64,000 nt of DNA from Deltaproteobacteria bacterium (GTDB lineage Bacteria; Desulfobacterota_D; UBA1144; Nemesobacterales; CSP1-2), in NCBI GenBank assembly GCA_052390235.1, contig JBQTHB010000005.1, positions 32,001 through 96,000 on the forward strand, given 5' to 3'. The notes below the pieces were generated by a model that saw nothing but the letters and a program-made list of their open reading frames with translations, was not told the DNA's origin and made no database searches. Below are positions 18,631 through 29,390 of this stretch, one piece after another (the stretch's first letter is position 1; each line of letters begins with the position of its first letter). Made by a program: the position numbers and the translations under genes.

Positions 18631-19947
18631 TTGAAAAAACTAATCCTCGCCTCAGCCGTTCTTTGCGCCGCATTTACAATTGCCTGCTCCGAGTCCCCGT
18701 CTAAGAAGGAGGGCAACATCGAGACGAAATCCGATATTTCAGCCCCGAAAACTGAGGAGACGAATATCGAGACGGACACTATTATTAAATTTTATCTGAA
18801 CAGGATAAAAGTTGACCCAAACGACTACTTTAACTACAACAAACTCGGCGAAGTGTATATCCAAAAAGCCAGAGAAACCGGAGATATATCCTACTACGAC
18901 ACCGCCGAGGCTTCGTTTAAAGAGGCTCTCGCGCTCTTTCCCGACAACTACTTTGCAAACGTCTATTTGGGGCAAATCAAAATATCCAAGCACGATTTCG
19001 CCGCCGCCCTCCCATTTGCCCGAAAATCCATAGAGTTAAAGCCTGAAGATAGCTACGGATACGGGATTCTGGGGGACGTTCATATTAACCTTGGGCAGTA
19101 CGGCGAGGCTAAGGCGGCTTATGAGAAAATGGCGAGCATCCAGCAGAACTACAATTCGCTGATACGGCTCTCGCATATAAATGAGCTGTACGGCAGGGCG
19201 GATGAAGCCGTCCGATACATGAGCCAAGCCGCAGAACAAGGGGCAATACAGGCTCTCACAAGAGAATACAGGGCGTGGGTGGAGTACGCGCTCGGGGAGC
19301 TTTATTTCAACTCAGGGCGGCTTAAAGAGGCCGAAGAGCGGTATAAATCCTCTCTGGCGATACAGCAGAGATATCATTACGCCCTCTCGGGGCTTGCCAA
19401 AGTGAGAGCCACCGAGGGAAATTACACAGAGGCTATTGAGCTATATAAAGAGGCAATTGATGTCGTGCCGCTCCCCCTGTTTGCCGCCTCGCTGGGAGAT
19501 GTGTATAAAAAATCCGGCAATGCGAACGAGGCGCAAAAGCAATATGACCTCGTCGAGTACATCGGGCTTCTGAGCAAAGTCAATGAGGTTCTCTACAACA
19601 GGGAGCTTGCCCTCTTTTACGCCGACCACGACATAAAACTGGATGAGGCGCTAAGCCTTGCCGAGAGGGAACTGGAAGCGAGACGGGACATCTACACCTA
19701 CGACACGCTGGCTTGGGTTTTGTACAAAAATGGCAAATTCAAAGAAGCCCTCTCGCACTCTAACGAAGCGCTGAAATTGGGCACTAAAGACGCCTCGCTG
19801 TATTTCCACGCCGGCATGATAAATCTGAGGCTCGGCAACGCGGCTGGAGCGCAGGAGCTTCTCAAGCGCGCCCTTGCCATTAATCCCCACTTTCATATCA
19901 TCCACTCGGAAGAGGCAAAGAACGCCCTAAGAGAACTTAGCAAATGA
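18631..19947 (+). CDS. TPR-repeat lipoprotein
   Basis: TTG start, lipobox TIAC; multiple TPR motifs (YNKLGEVY, YGILGDVH, YALGELYF, YDTLAWVLY, YFHAGMI). Confidence 0.88.
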   Translation: MKKLILASAVLCAAFTIACSESPSKKEGNIETKSDISAPKTEETNIETDTIIKFYLNRIKVDPNDYFNYNKLGEVYIQKARETGDISYYDTAEASFKEALALFPDNYFANVYLGQIKISKHDFAAALPFARKSIELKPEDSYGYGILGDVHINLGQYGEAKAAYEKMASIQQNYNSLIRLSHINELYGRADEAVRYMSQAAEQGAIQALTREYRAWVEYALGELYFNSGRLKEAEERYKSSLAIQQRYHYALSGLAKVRATEGNYTEAIELYKEAIDVVPLPLFAASLGDVYKKSGNANEAQKQYDLVEYIGLLSKVNEVLYNRELALFYADHDIKLDEALSLAERELEARRDIYTYDTLAWVLYKNGKFKEALSHSNEALKLGTKDASLYFHAGMINLRLGNAAGAQELLKRALAINPHFHIIHSEEAKNALRELSK

Positions 19948-19992
19948 AGGATGCGCCTCCCCAGCCTCTCACGATTTCCCGCCCCGCCCGAC

Positions 19993-21657
19993 CTATTTGC
20001 GTCTGAGTAAATCCTTAATGGACTTGTCCCCTTCGATGCCGGCAAGCTCAGGGTCTCGTTTGTGATATATATGGCAGAGGCCGCAGTCAGTTTTCGCCAG
20101 AGCGTTGGTTTTAACGTTCGGATTATCGGCGTGGCAGGACTGGCAGGTCTGAATCGAGGGCATAATAACGTCCGTCGTCTCTTCGCTTGACCTAGCTTCG
20201 GCATGGCAAGAATCGCAGGTAAGCCCAAGGGTCTCGGAGTGCAGGGAGTGGTTAAAGACGCTGTGCGGAAGCCACCTTACCGGAATATTCGGCTCGACTA
20301 GCTGAGGCGTATTCGGCTCGGATTCGTCTATTGTGTGGCACTCGCGGCACTTTTTCATGACAAATAGGAGCTTCTCAGACTCCTCAACCCTCTGCGACAC
20401 CCACTTGGCGGGACCCTTGGTTACGTCTCCGCCCAATCCGAGCCTGCCCAGATTATTTATCGCGTACTCGGAATACGCCTTCCTCACGAAATCCCGCACC
20501 ACGTCCATAGTCTCATGAGGGGCGGCGAGCTTTCCGAAGCGCGGGTCAAATTCGAGCGTGTGGCATCTCTTGCAGTCTCTTTCATATTCTATCGCAAGGA
20601 CGTATTTCCCCTGCGCGTCCATCTGATGACAGCTCTCGCACCGGAGGGTTTCCGGGCCATCCGGGCCTCTTAAATCCGCCTCAAGATGGAGCTTGTGGTT
20701 GAGCTTAATCGGAGTGGTGTCAACGACGCCCTCTTCGTTTAGCCTCACTCTGACCATCTTTTTCTCGTCCTCGGGGGAATTCGTATCCCTGATGGGGCGC
20801 ACCATAACGGCAAACTCAGGATGTCCCTTGGTGAAGGCATCAATCTGAGTCGCATAAGTCGTGGACGGGGTATCGCCCTCGACCTCAAGCTCGGCATGGC
20901 ACTCAGTGCAGGAGGTATTGGTAATTTTAGATAATAGCGCCTCCCGCTGATGCTCAAAATGGCACTCGACGCAGTTTGGCGTGTAAGGCTCGTTCTGATT
21001 ATGCGCAAGAGTGGCGCTGTGGCAGTCCATACAACTCTCGTCGGGAACTATGTCCCATGCGACGGTATGGCATCTGGCGCAGTCGTTATTAAACTGGCTA
21101 TGAGCGTCGGAGACCTTCCCCGGCGAATACGGGGCTTTATCCTCCCCGAAAGTCCACATTCCAATCCACGCGCTGATAAGGACAATGCAAAGAACGCTGA
21201 GCTTGGATTTAGTGAAAAGCCCCTCGGAAATCCTAAATTTAGAGACGTAGCGGATTTTTTCTTCTTTTTTCTTTTTGGACGGCTCTCCCTTGTCGGCTTG
21301 CTCCTCGTCGGTGTGGGTAATTAATAAGCCGGCTGGGTTTTCGGGCGAGGCGGGCAGGGAAAATTCAATTATATAGGAAGATATTTTTATCTTATCTCTA
21401 TCCGAGAGCTGACCGCGGCCCGAGAGTGGCTTTTCATTCACATAAGCCCCGTCGTCCCCCAAGATGTTTAACCAATAGACGCCGTCCGAGGCTCTCTCAA
21501 TAAAGGCGTGCTTCGTAGCCACTCCCGGAGCGTCGAGCTGTATCTCGTTACCCGCTCCCGTTCCGATGTTGACCCTAGTTCCCGCCACCTGAGACCTGCG
21601 AGTCTCCTCCGCCGCCGCCTCGCTGATATAGCGCTTTATTATGATGTTAAATGACAT
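19993..21657 (-). CDS. FHA-like domain - TM helix - decaheme cytochrome c (c3/c7-like)
   Basis: N-terminal VNIGTGAGNEIQL..VATKHAFI..GAYVNEK..LSDRDKIKI (FHA fold pattern); single TM; 10 CXXCH. Start is ATG 21657 or ORF-track 21705. Confidence 0.82.
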   Translation of the reverse strand: MSFNIIIKRYISEAAAEETRRSQVAGTRVNIGTGAGNEIQLDAPGVATKHAFIERASDGVYWLNILGDDGAYVNEKPLSGRGQLSDRDKIKISSYIIEFSLPASPENPAGLLITHTDEEQADKGEPSKKKKEEKIRYVSKFRISEGLFTKSKLSVLCIVLISAWIGMWTFGEDKAPYSPGKVSDAHSQFNNDCARCHTVAWDIVPDESCMDCHSATLAHNQNEPYTPNCVECHFEHQREALLSKITNTSCTECHAELEVEGDTPSTTYATQIDAFTKGHPEFAVMVRPIRDTNSPEDEKKMVRVRLNEEGVVDTTPIKLNHKLHLEADLRGPDGPETLRCESCHQMDAQGKYVLAIEYERDCKRCHTLEFDPRFGKLAAPHETMDVVRDFVRKAYSEYAINNLGRLGLGGDVTKGPAKWVSQRVEESEKLLFVMKKCRECHTIDESEPNTPQLVEPNIPVRWLPHSVFNHSLHSETLGLTCDSCHAEARSSEETTDVIMPSIQTCQSCHADNPNVKTNALAKTDCGLCHIYHKRDPELAGIEGDKSIKDLLRRK

Positions 21658-21773
21658 GGCACTCTCGCTCTCCGAAGGGGTATTTAGCAACAAACGAGAC
21701 ATCACAGGGGGAAGTATTTAGCCCCCAAGCCGCCCGACGAAAATCACTCTCTCTTCTAACCAGACAAACACGC

Positions 21774-22643
21774 TTAATCGGGTAAAAACATCCTATAGCT
21801 ATTGTAGTAGAGCATGGAAACAATATGCGCCGTAAGGGCTATTAACATCGCAAACGAAACCGGCAGATGAATGTGAAGCCACGCCTCAAGCAGGTTTTTA
21901 ATCCGCATCTGCGACACAAAACGCTTCTGAAGCTCGGCTTTTTGGAGATATGCCACGGCGAGGCGCTGATAGTCCTCCCTCTCGGCTTCAGGAATAGAGG
22001 TTAAGTCCTTCTGGAGCCGATTCATGTACTCGGATTCCGATATTCCGCTTTTGTATGAGCCGAAGACAAGCCCCCAGCCTGAGCGCCCCTTGGGTAGCCC
22101 GTAGGATATTGCCTCCTCGGCTTTTTGGGCGAAGAGCGCGGATTTACCCTTTGCCAGTGCCCTCATCTGCCCGATGAGCTTGTTGATTTCATCGTCGAAT
22201 TTATCATATAAAAGCTCGCCCCCCTGCTTGGTGAATCTTATCGGGAAATTGACATAGAAATAGCCGCCGAAAATCCCGCTTATGACCACCACAGCCATCA
22301 ATGCAAATGCGAGCGTGTGAACATTTAAATCAAACTTGAACCCCGCGTGCATCGGAACAATCAGCAGGGTCAAAACCCCGATATAGATATGAAAGCTGAG
22401 CCACCCTTTGAGAGTTCCCACGTTTCCCACGTATTTGCGCTTTCTAATGCCGTAGTACATGAGGAGCAGTATCGCCGCCAGCCCCAGAATCCCGTACAGC
22501 AGTCCCATTGGCGTCGCCCCACTGGGGTTCGGCTCGTTTTGAGCGTACACAATGTAGGAGACAATTAGGACGATGAAGCTCAGAAACGTAATTTTAAACC
22601 AGAAGCTCCCATTATAGTTCAGTATATTTTCGTTTTCTCTCAT
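21774..22643 (-). CDS. Polytopic membrane protein with intramembrane His residues (cytochrome b / ferric-reductase-TM-like)
   Basis: About 5 TM helices; WLSFHIYIG...MHAG, VHTL, WLHIHLP...AHI. Confidence 0.65.
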   Translation of the reverse strand: MRENENILNYNGSFWFKITFLSFIVLIVSYIVYAQNEPNPSGATPMGLLYGILGLAAILLLMYYGIRKRKYVGNVGTLKGWLSFHIYIGVLTLLIVPMHAGFKFDLNVHTLAFALMAVVVISGIFGGYFYVNFPIRFTKQGGELLYDKFDDEINKLIGQMRALAKGKSALFAQKAEEAISYGLPKGRSGWGLVFGSYKSGISESEYMNRLQKDLTSIPEAEREDYQRLAVAYLQKAELQKRFVSQMRIKNLLEAWLHIHLPVSFAMLIALTAHIVSMLYYNSYRMFLPD

Positions 22644-22671
22644 CGTGGCGTCTCTCTAGGAACTTGGGAAT

Positions 22672-25080
22672 TTAGCTGAACTCTACTTTTTTGAAATAAT
22701 CCGGCTTCACTCTAACCGCCGCGCTCGTAGGACAATTTCTAACGCACGCCGGGCCCCCGTCAACCGTGTGGCAGAGATCGCATTTTACGGCAAGCCCCTT
22801 TTTTATTTTAGCCGCATGAGGCGCTTTTTTGCCCACGAGCGAGCCTAGCGCTCCGACCGCCCCCTGCCATACGGACTTCATCAGCGTGGGCTTGTTCGTA
22901 ACTGAAATCATAAAAATCACGCCGTAGGGACAGAAACGCGAGCAATTTCCGCATCCAATGCACTTATCCTCGTCAATAGCCACAACCCCGTCCGCCCCGC
23001 GCACGATGGCGTCTCCCGGAGGGCAGTCCTGAAGACACGGAGCGCCTTCGCAGTGCCGGCAGGCAATTGGAACGTGAATGTTGCCGAAGCTCGGGCCGGG
23101 ACGCCTGTCGAGCCTCGTATGCCCGCCGTGAGTCCCCTCGCAAGCCTTAACGCAGTTATCGCATCTAATGCACTTAGACTCGTCAATTATAAGCACATCG
23201 GTGCTTTCAACCACGCCGTATTTGATAAAATCAGCCATCACTCCCGTATCGCCCGCGCTATGGGGGGACTGTAATATGGCGGATGTTTCAACCTTGCGCC
23301 TTCCCATCTCGGCTCTAACTCTGGATTCAAGCTGAGGGTGCTTTTGCATAAGCGCCTTAAAATCGGAGCTTAAAATGCGAATAGCCTCGGATTTGGTAGC
23401 CGCCGAAACGGTTGCCGTTCTAACGTGGTCTTCGCTGAGGAGGGCCGCCTCGCCGAAATAATTGCCCGTTGAAATATAGGTTATAACGTAGTCGCTTCCG
23501 TCTTTCGCCTTCTTGCTGATTTTCGCAGAGCCGAGCCGGATGACGTAAAAAGAGTCGGACACCTCTGCCTCTTTGCAGATAACGTCCCCCTTTTTATAGG
23601 CCACGACCTCGAGCTTAGGGGCTATGGTTTGAAATTCTTCGGCGCTTATGCTTATCGAAAGCGTTGATTGCAGGGTTCTGAGGATGAAAGCCTCGTCAAT
23701 TATCCTCTTTACCGACTGCTCGGAGTTTATGAGTTTCAGCATTCTCCTGCGCGGGGTTTCAATTAAAATTGAATGCTCAGATGCCTTAACCGTAGCCGAG
23801 TTGCGGCGGTCGGCAAGGAGCCCCATCTCGCCGAAGAACTCGCCCTGCTTAATGAATATATCCCTCTCCGAGCCGCCTTTGGGAACGACCTGTACGCCTC
23901 CGGTTACGATGCTAAAGAAGTTGGTGGAATAATCGCCTTGTTTTAGAATAAGCTGGTCTTTTCTCGCCTGCGTAACGTCGGACTGAGTCATAAGCTCCCT
24001 GAGGAGCTGTCTCTGAATGCCGGTAAACATCGGCACTCTGGCGGTTATGTAGTCGAGCTTTTCGTTGACCGATGCGCCGGGAATTAAGGCGAGTTTCTCT
24101 TTAAGCAGGGACTCGTCTATCGGCTCTACGGATTTCCCGGCGATGCTCTCTATAACTTCATACCCCTCGTTCATTGCGGTTTTGATGAGGTCTCGCCCGC
24201 CCGTCGCCCCTATGATATAAAGCCCCGGCACGTTGGTTTCGTACTTGTCGCTGATGATTGGCAGAGCGGTTACGTCCTTGGAACTGAAGGCGACGCCGCA
24301 GGATTCAAGAAATTTCCTTGGCACTTCGGCTCCGATTTTTAGGATGACAATATCGCTTTTAATGCGCACTTCTCTGTCGGGGAGGGTTATCGTAGTTGCA
24401 TCTGCTTCAAACAGCTCGACGGTTGCGCTGAGGTATGCGGAAAGCTGTTTTGAGTCTATTTTTTCTCTTATCTTTCCGAGCAGGTCGGAGTTCATATAGA
24501 AAAAATCCGCCCCTTTCTCGACAATTGACACCTTGTTGTTATCCACAAGCGCAAGGACTACCTCCGCCGCGCTGTCGCCCCCGCCTACAACAACCACATG
24601 GCGGTCAGAATAAGCGGTCGGGTCAACCAAACGGTCTGATATGTGCGGGGAGTCTTCGCCGGGGGCGCCTACTTTTCTCGGATTGCCGAGCTTGCCTATG
24701 GCGAGAACGACTCTTTTAGCCTGATACACTCCTGAGGAGGTTTTTACCTCGAACAGGTCTCCTTTTTTTGCTACTGCCGATACGGATTCTTTAGTCTTGA
24801 TTTTTAGGCTGTTCTTGGATGTGTAGCCGTTCCAGACGTCGAGTATCTCTTCGCGGCTCCCCGCTTGGAAGGAAACGTCGCTCCTAAGCGGTATGGACTG
24901 GGGCTGAGCCATGACAAATTTCCCGTTCTGATAGTAGTAGTCCAGGGTATTGGCGACAGCGCCCTTTTCAAGCGCGATGTATTTTAATTTATTCGCCTCA
25001 GCCCTAGCGGCGGCGCTAATCCCTGCCGGTCCCGCCCCAACGATAATAACGTCAAATATGTCGCCGCCCGCGCTACCCAT
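22672..25080 (-). CDS. FAD/NAD(P)H oxidoreductase (TrxB/YpdA-like) fused to two cNMP-binding domains and a 4x[4Fe-4S] DmsB/NrfC-like domain
   Basis: IVGAGPAG and VVGGGDSA Rossmann motifs, TNVPGLYIIG; GEFFGEMGLL..RNSATV and GNYFGEAALL..RTATV; CIRCDNCVKAC, CRHCEGAPCLQDCP, CIGCGNCSRFCP, KCDLC..PACVRNCP. Confidence 0.88.
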   Translation of the reverse strand: MGSAGGDIFDVIIVGAGPAGISAAARAEANKLKYIALEKGAVANTLDYYYQNGKFVMAQPQSIPLRSDVSFQAGSREEILDVWNGYTSKNSLKIKTKESVSAVAKKGDLFEVKTSSGVYQAKRVVLAIGKLGNPRKVGAPGEDSPHISDRLVDPTAYSDRHVVVVGGGDSAAEVVLALVDNNKVSIVEKGADFFYMNSDLLGKIREKIDSKQLSAYLSATVELFEADATTITLPDREVRIKSDIVILKIGAEVPRKFLESCGVAFSSKDVTALPIISDKYETNVPGLYIIGATGGRDLIKTAMNEGYEVIESIAGKSVEPIDESLLKEKLALIPGASVNEKLDYITARVPMFTGIQRQLLRELMTQSDVTQARKDQLILKQGDYSTNFFSIVTGGVQVVPKGGSERDIFIKQGEFFGEMGLLADRRNSATVKASEHSILIETPRRRMLKLINSEQSVKRIIDEAFILRTLQSTLSISISAEEFQTIAPKLEVVAYKKGDVICKEAEVSDSFYVIRLGSAKISKKAKDGSDYVITYISTGNYFGEAALLSEDHVRTATVSAATKSEAIRILSSDFKALMQKHPQLESRVRAEMGRRKVETSAILQSPHSAGDTGVMADFIKYGVVESTDVLIIDESKCIRCDNCVKACEGTHGGHTRLDRRPGPSFGNIHVPIACRHCEGAPCLQDCPPGDAIVRGADGVVAIDEDKCIGCGNCSRFCPYGVIFMISVTNKPTLMKSVWQGAVGALGSLVGKKAPHAAKIKKGLAVKCDLCHTVDGGPACVRNCPTSAAVRVKPDYFKKVEFS

Positions 25081-25188
25081 CGTGATAACCCCCGAAATGA
25101 ATAGAAAAGTTTACCAATTGGAAACAGATTGTATCACACGAGAATTCAAAAATCTACACGCCGGAGCGGCGGCAAAACCTAACGATTA

Positions 25189-27885
25189 TTAAACTTCGGT
25201 GTCCGCGCTGTCCCTTCGCCACTCGTCAATTAGAGACGCCACTAGAGCCGTCCAACCGGTCTGATGCGACGCCCCTATCCCAGAGCCGGTATCGCCGTGA
25301 AAGTACTCGAAAAACAGTATCAAATCCCTCCAATGGGGGTCGTCCTTAAATTTGGCGATGTTCCCATTGACCGGACGCCTGCCAGAATCGTCTTTTGTAA
25401 AAATGTTTATCATGCGGTTCGCAAGCCCAGATGCCATTTCCTCGAACGTAGCCGCAATGCCTTCGGGATTTTCAATGGTAAAGTTCGTCCCGTAAGCGAG
25501 TTTGAGCTTTTTGAGGGCCTCAATCATCATAAATGAGGTGGGAAACCACACGGGCCCACGCCAGTTCGAGTTGCCGCCCTTGATCCTCTCGACCGACTCG
25601 GCTGGCTCATAGTGTATCTCCCTGCCCTCGAACACAAGCGGATGCCTCTCGTGATATTTCGACAGACTCCTGAGGCCGTAGTCCGATAGAAACTCGTCCG
25701 GATCCCATACCCTCTCCAAAAGACGCCGCATCTGCTTCGGATTCACCAGCGCAAGCATATGCACAAGCCCCTTCGCGCCGCCGTCAATCGAGCCGACGCA
25801 CTCTTTAACTATGTCGCGCCTGTTTTTGAGAAACCAGTGGAAATTCGCATGGAAATTCGGGAACTGCTCTATCCACGCTTCCTCCAGATACTCAGTGGCG
25901 TAAAGCGGGATAAGCCCCACTAGCGAGCGTACCCTGAGTTTTTGATACCTGCCGTCGGGGTAGCAGAGCGCGTCGTAGAAAAACCCGTCGTTATCGCTCC
26001 ACATCTCGTAGCCCCCGCCCATGTTCTGCATAGCCGCGCCCACATAGGCGTAGTGCTGAAAGAACTTCGTTGCAAGCCCCTCGTAGGACTTATTCTCCTG
26101 GGCGAGTTCCAGCGCTATGCGCATGAGATTTAGACAGAACATCCCCATCCAGCCCGTAGCGTCGGACTGTTGCAGCACAGCCCCTCCCGGTATCTCATGA
26201 CTCCTGTCAATCAGCGTAATATTGTCGAGACCCAGAAAACCACCCTCGAAAATGTTATTGCCCGCGCTGTCCACTTTATTGACCCACCAGGCAAAATTAA
26301 TCATGAGCTTATGGAAGCACCTCTCAAGAAACCCCCTGTCGGCTCTGCCCGATTTTTCGCGCTCGATGTTATAGACCCTCCACACCGCCCACGCCTGAAC
26401 CGGGGGGTTTAAGTCGGAGAATTCCCATTCGTAAGCCGGAATCTGCCCGTTTATGTGCTGAAACTGCTCGAAAAGCAATATCCAAAGCTGCTCCTTTGCA
26501 AACTCCGGGTCAACAAGGGCAAACGGCACGCACTGGAAGGATAAATCCCAAGCGGCAAACCAGGGGTACTCCCACTTGTCGGGCATCGTCATAACGCGCA
26601 TCGAGTCAATATGAGACCAGCGGGTATTGCGTATATTGCGCCGCGACTCAGGGGGAGAGAACTTGGGGTCATCACCATCGATCCAAGCCTTCACGTTGAA
26701 ATAGTAGAACTGCTTACTCCAAAGAAGACCGGAAAGGGCTTGGCGCTGAATTAATCGCTCCTCGTTGGTTGCTTTCGGCGGATGCACGGTGTTGTAGAAT
26801 TCATCTGCCTCCGCGCGTCGAGCCTCGACTATCTTGTCCACATCCGCAAGGGGCTTTTTTAAGAGCTTGTCGCTGAGGCGAAGGCGCACTGTAACCGTCT
26901 CTCCTGCAGGAACCGTTATGGCGGAGTAGTGAAAGCAGGCTTTGGTTCCCCTTTTTCTCGGATTCGTGCAGTTCTCGCCGTCTATAACTTGGCGGTGAAA
27001 AGCGTCTTTAACGTAGGGTCTCCTGTTCTCAGCCCACGCGCCGAGAGTGCGCTCGGCGTTGGTCTCGTTGTTGGTAAAGAGCAGAGCCGCGCCCTCGTCC
27101 CCGTAGAGATAGCGCTCCCCAAGGCGGTATTCAAACGGGAGATTCTTCATAGTATCGGCAGGGCGGTCGTCGGCAAGGAGACTGATGAATCCCTTTCCCT
27201 CATGCCCTGGGGAAATCACCGGCTCAGGCTTCATCTCCTCGCCCCACGCCCAAGTGTTGCGAAACCACAGCTGTGGCAGAAGATGAACCGATGCCGCTTC
27301 GGGCCCCCGATTTGCCACTTGGATACGAATGCACACGTCCTCCGGGTCAGCTTTTGCATACTCGACAAATACATCAAAGTAGCGGTCGTTGTTGAATACG
27401 CCCGTGTCAACCAGCTCGTACTCGGAATCTCGGGTGCTTTGCCGGCGGCGGTTCTCCTCAATTAGCTTCGTATAGGGGAACTCCGCGTGCGGATATTTAT
27501 AGAGATACTTCATGTAGGAGTGCGTCGGCGTGGAGTCGAGATAGAAATAAAGCTCCTTTACGTCCTCCCCGTGATTAGCCTCCGAGGGCACAAGCCCAAA
27601 TAGCCTCTCCTTTAATATCTTGTCATTCCCGTTCCAAAGGGCAAGCCCGAAAACGAGAACCTGATAGCGGTCGCAAATCCCAGCGAGACCGTCCTCGCCC
27701 CAGCGGTAGGCCTTCGAGCGGGCATAGTCGTGAGGGAAGTAATCCCATGCCGTCCCCCAAGGGCTATAGTCCTCTCTGACCGTTCCCCAAGCCCTCTCGG
27801 AGACATAGGGCCCCCATTTATACCAAGGAGGCACCCCCTTTACGTTCATATTTTCCGCCAAGCGCTTGTGTTCTTTAGTCTGCAT
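25189..27885 (-). CDS. GH63-like (MGH1-like) glucosidase
   Basis: [66 protein letters not shown]; 5' end overlaps the rpe stop. Confidence 0.88.
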   Translation of the reverse strand: MQTKEHKRLAENMNVKGVPPWYKWGPYVSERAWGTVREDYSPWGTAWDYFPHDYARSKAYRWGEDGLAGICDRYQVLVFGLALWNGNDKILKERLFGLVPSEANHGEDVKELYFYLDSTPTHSYMKYLYKYPHAEFPYTKLIEENRRRQSTRDSEYELVDTGVFNNDRYFDVFVEYAKADPEDVCIRIQVANRGPEAASVHLLPQLWFRNTWAWGEEMKPEPVISPGHEGKGFISLLADDRPADTMKNLPFEYRLGERYLYGDEGAALLFTNNETNAERTLGAWAENRRPYVKDAFHRQVIDGENCTNPRKRGTKACFHYSAITVPAGETVTVRLRLSDKLLKKPLADVDKIVEARRAEADEFYNTVHPPKATNEERLIQRQALSGLLWSKQFYYFNVKAWIDGDDPKFSPPESRRNIRNTRWSHIDSMRVMTMPDKWEYPWFAAWDLSFQCVPFALVDPEFAKEQLWILLFEQFQHINGQIPAYEWEFSDLNPPVQAWAVWRVYNIEREKSGRADRGFLERCFHKLMINFAWWVNKVDSAGNNIFEGGFLGLDNITLIDRSHEIPGGAVLQQSDATGWMGMFCLNLMRIALELAQENKSYEGLATKFFQHYAYVGAAMQNMGGGYEMWSDNDGFFYDALCYPDGRYQKLRVRSLVGLIPLYATEYLEEAWIEQFPNFHANFHWFLKNRRDIVKECVGSIDGGAKGLVHMLALVNPKQMRRLLERVWDPDEFLSDYGLRSLSKYHERHPLVFEGREIHYEPAESVERIKGGNSNWRGPVWFPTSFMMIEALKKLKLAYGTNFTIENPEGIAATFEEMASGLANRMINIFTKDDSGRRPVNGNIAKFKDDPHWRDLILFFEYFHGDTGSGIGASHQTGWTALVASLIDEWRRDSADTEV

Positions 27886-28546
27886 TTTCTATGACCTTTA
27901 ATAAATTAATCATGCCGCCGAAAGCCCCTTCTCTATGCCCAAAAACCGACGTGCCTGCAACAAACACATCCGCCCCCGCGCGGTATGCCGAGAGGATAGT
28001 ACGCTCGTCAATGCCGCCGTCCACCTCAAGCTCACAGGAGGGATTGCGCTCCTGAATCATAAGGCGCACCTTCTGAATTTTGCGAAGCGCGCCCTCAATA
28101 AACCGCTGTCCGCCGAAGCCGGGGTTGACCGTCATAACGAGGGCGAGGTCTATCTGCTCGATAATCTCTTCGAGAACCGAGGCTGGCGTGGCAGGATTTA
28201 TGGCAACTCCGGCTTTTTTGCCGAGGCGCTTTATGTGCTGAACCGTTCTGTGGAGGTGAGGGGAGTTTTCCTGATGAACGATAACGGTGTCCGAGCCGGA
28301 TTCAATAAACGCCTCAATGTAGCGCTCCGGCTTTTCAATCATCAGATGACTTTCGAGCGGGATTGACGTCGCCCGGCGCATCGCCGCGACAACCGGCATC
28401 CCCATGCTTATATTCGGCACGAAGAACCCGTCCATAACGTCAATTTGAAACCGGTCTGCTCCGCCGCGCTCGGCATCTTTGACCTGCTCGCCGAGCCTCA
28501 AAAAATCCGCCGCGAGTATTGACGGGGCTATTTTAATTTTCGCCAT
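27875..28546 (-). CDS. rpe: Ribulose-phosphate 3-epimerase
   Basis: [36 protein letters not shown]. Confidence 0.96.
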   Translation of the reverse strand: MAKIKIAPSILAADFLRLGEQVKDAERGGADRFQIDVMDGFFVPNISMGMPVVAAMRRATSIPLESHLMIEKPERYIEAFIESGSDTVIVHQENSPHLHRTVQHIKRLGKKAGVAINPATPASVLEEIIEQIDLALVMTVNPGFGGQRFIEGALRKIQKVRLMIQERNPSCELEVDGGIDERTILSAYRAGADVFVAGTSVFGHREGAFGGMINLLKVIENAD

Positions 28547-28597
28547 TCGACTTTCCTTTTCTAATTAATTTTGCAAGAGCCGGACATTCAAATGGTA

Positions 28598-29353
28598 TTA
28601 GCCGCCGGAGAGCATCTGAGCCGCCGCCCTGTCAACCATCCAAACGAGCCTCCCGCTAGTTGGGCGCACGACCTGCGAGGGGAAAACCTCAGGCCTGTAC
28701 TCGCCCTCAAGCACAGATTTAAGAACCTGGGCTTTCTCCGCGCCCCCGGCAAGAAACACAACGTGCGAGGCGGCGTTAATGACGCGCGGGGTGAGCGTAA
28801 TTCTATAGGCGCCGAATTTCTCCACCCAAGGGGACGCCACAAGGCGCGTGTTCTCAAAAATCGCATCAGTCCCCGGAAAAAGAGAGGCGGTATGCCCGTC
28901 GGGCCCCATGCCGAGGAGAACCAAATCAAACCGCAATGCCTGTCCCTCGGAGAGATTAAAAAACCGGATGAGCTCGATTTCATACTCGTCGGCGACTCTT
29001 GCGGCGTCCGGATTTTCAGCCTTGATGCGGTGTATGTTCTCCTCAGGAATCGAAATTTTGGCGAGCATAGCCTCGTTTGCCATGCGAAAATTACTGTCGG
29101 CGTGATTCGGGGGAACGTGCCGCTCATCTCCCCAGAAGAAATGAATATCCTGCCACGGCGCTCTATCCCGAAGGGCATCGCCGGCAAGCAGGGCATAGAG
29201 GCTGCGAGGCGTAGAACCGCCGGAAAGGGCAACCGCAAACCTCCCCCGCGCCCTTACGGCTTCATTCGAGAGCGCTATAAACTCCGCCGCCGCGCGCCGG
29301 ATAATCTCATCAGAATCTGCATAAACCCTGATTTCAGAGTTGGATTTGCTCAT
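28598..29353 (-). CDS. pgl: 6-phosphogluconolactonase
   Basis: ALSGGSTP, WGDERHVP, LLGMGPDGHTASLFP, RITLT. Start set at ATG 29353. Confidence 0.95.
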   Translation of the reverse strand: MSKSNSEIRVYADSDEIIRRAAAEFIALSNEAVRARGRFAVALSGGSTPRSLYALLAGDALRDRAPWQDIHFFWGDERHVPPNHADSNFRMANEAMLAKISIPEENIHRIKAENPDAARVADEYEIELIRFFNLSEGQALRFDLVLLGMGPDGHTASLFPGTDAIFENTRLVASPWVEKFGAYRITLTPRVINAASHVVFLAGGAEKAQVLKSVLEGEYRPEVFPSQVVRPTSGRLVWMVDRAAAQMLSGG

Positions 29354-29390
29354 TGTCTCATCAAGTACAATCAACGCGGGAGTTTGCGGC

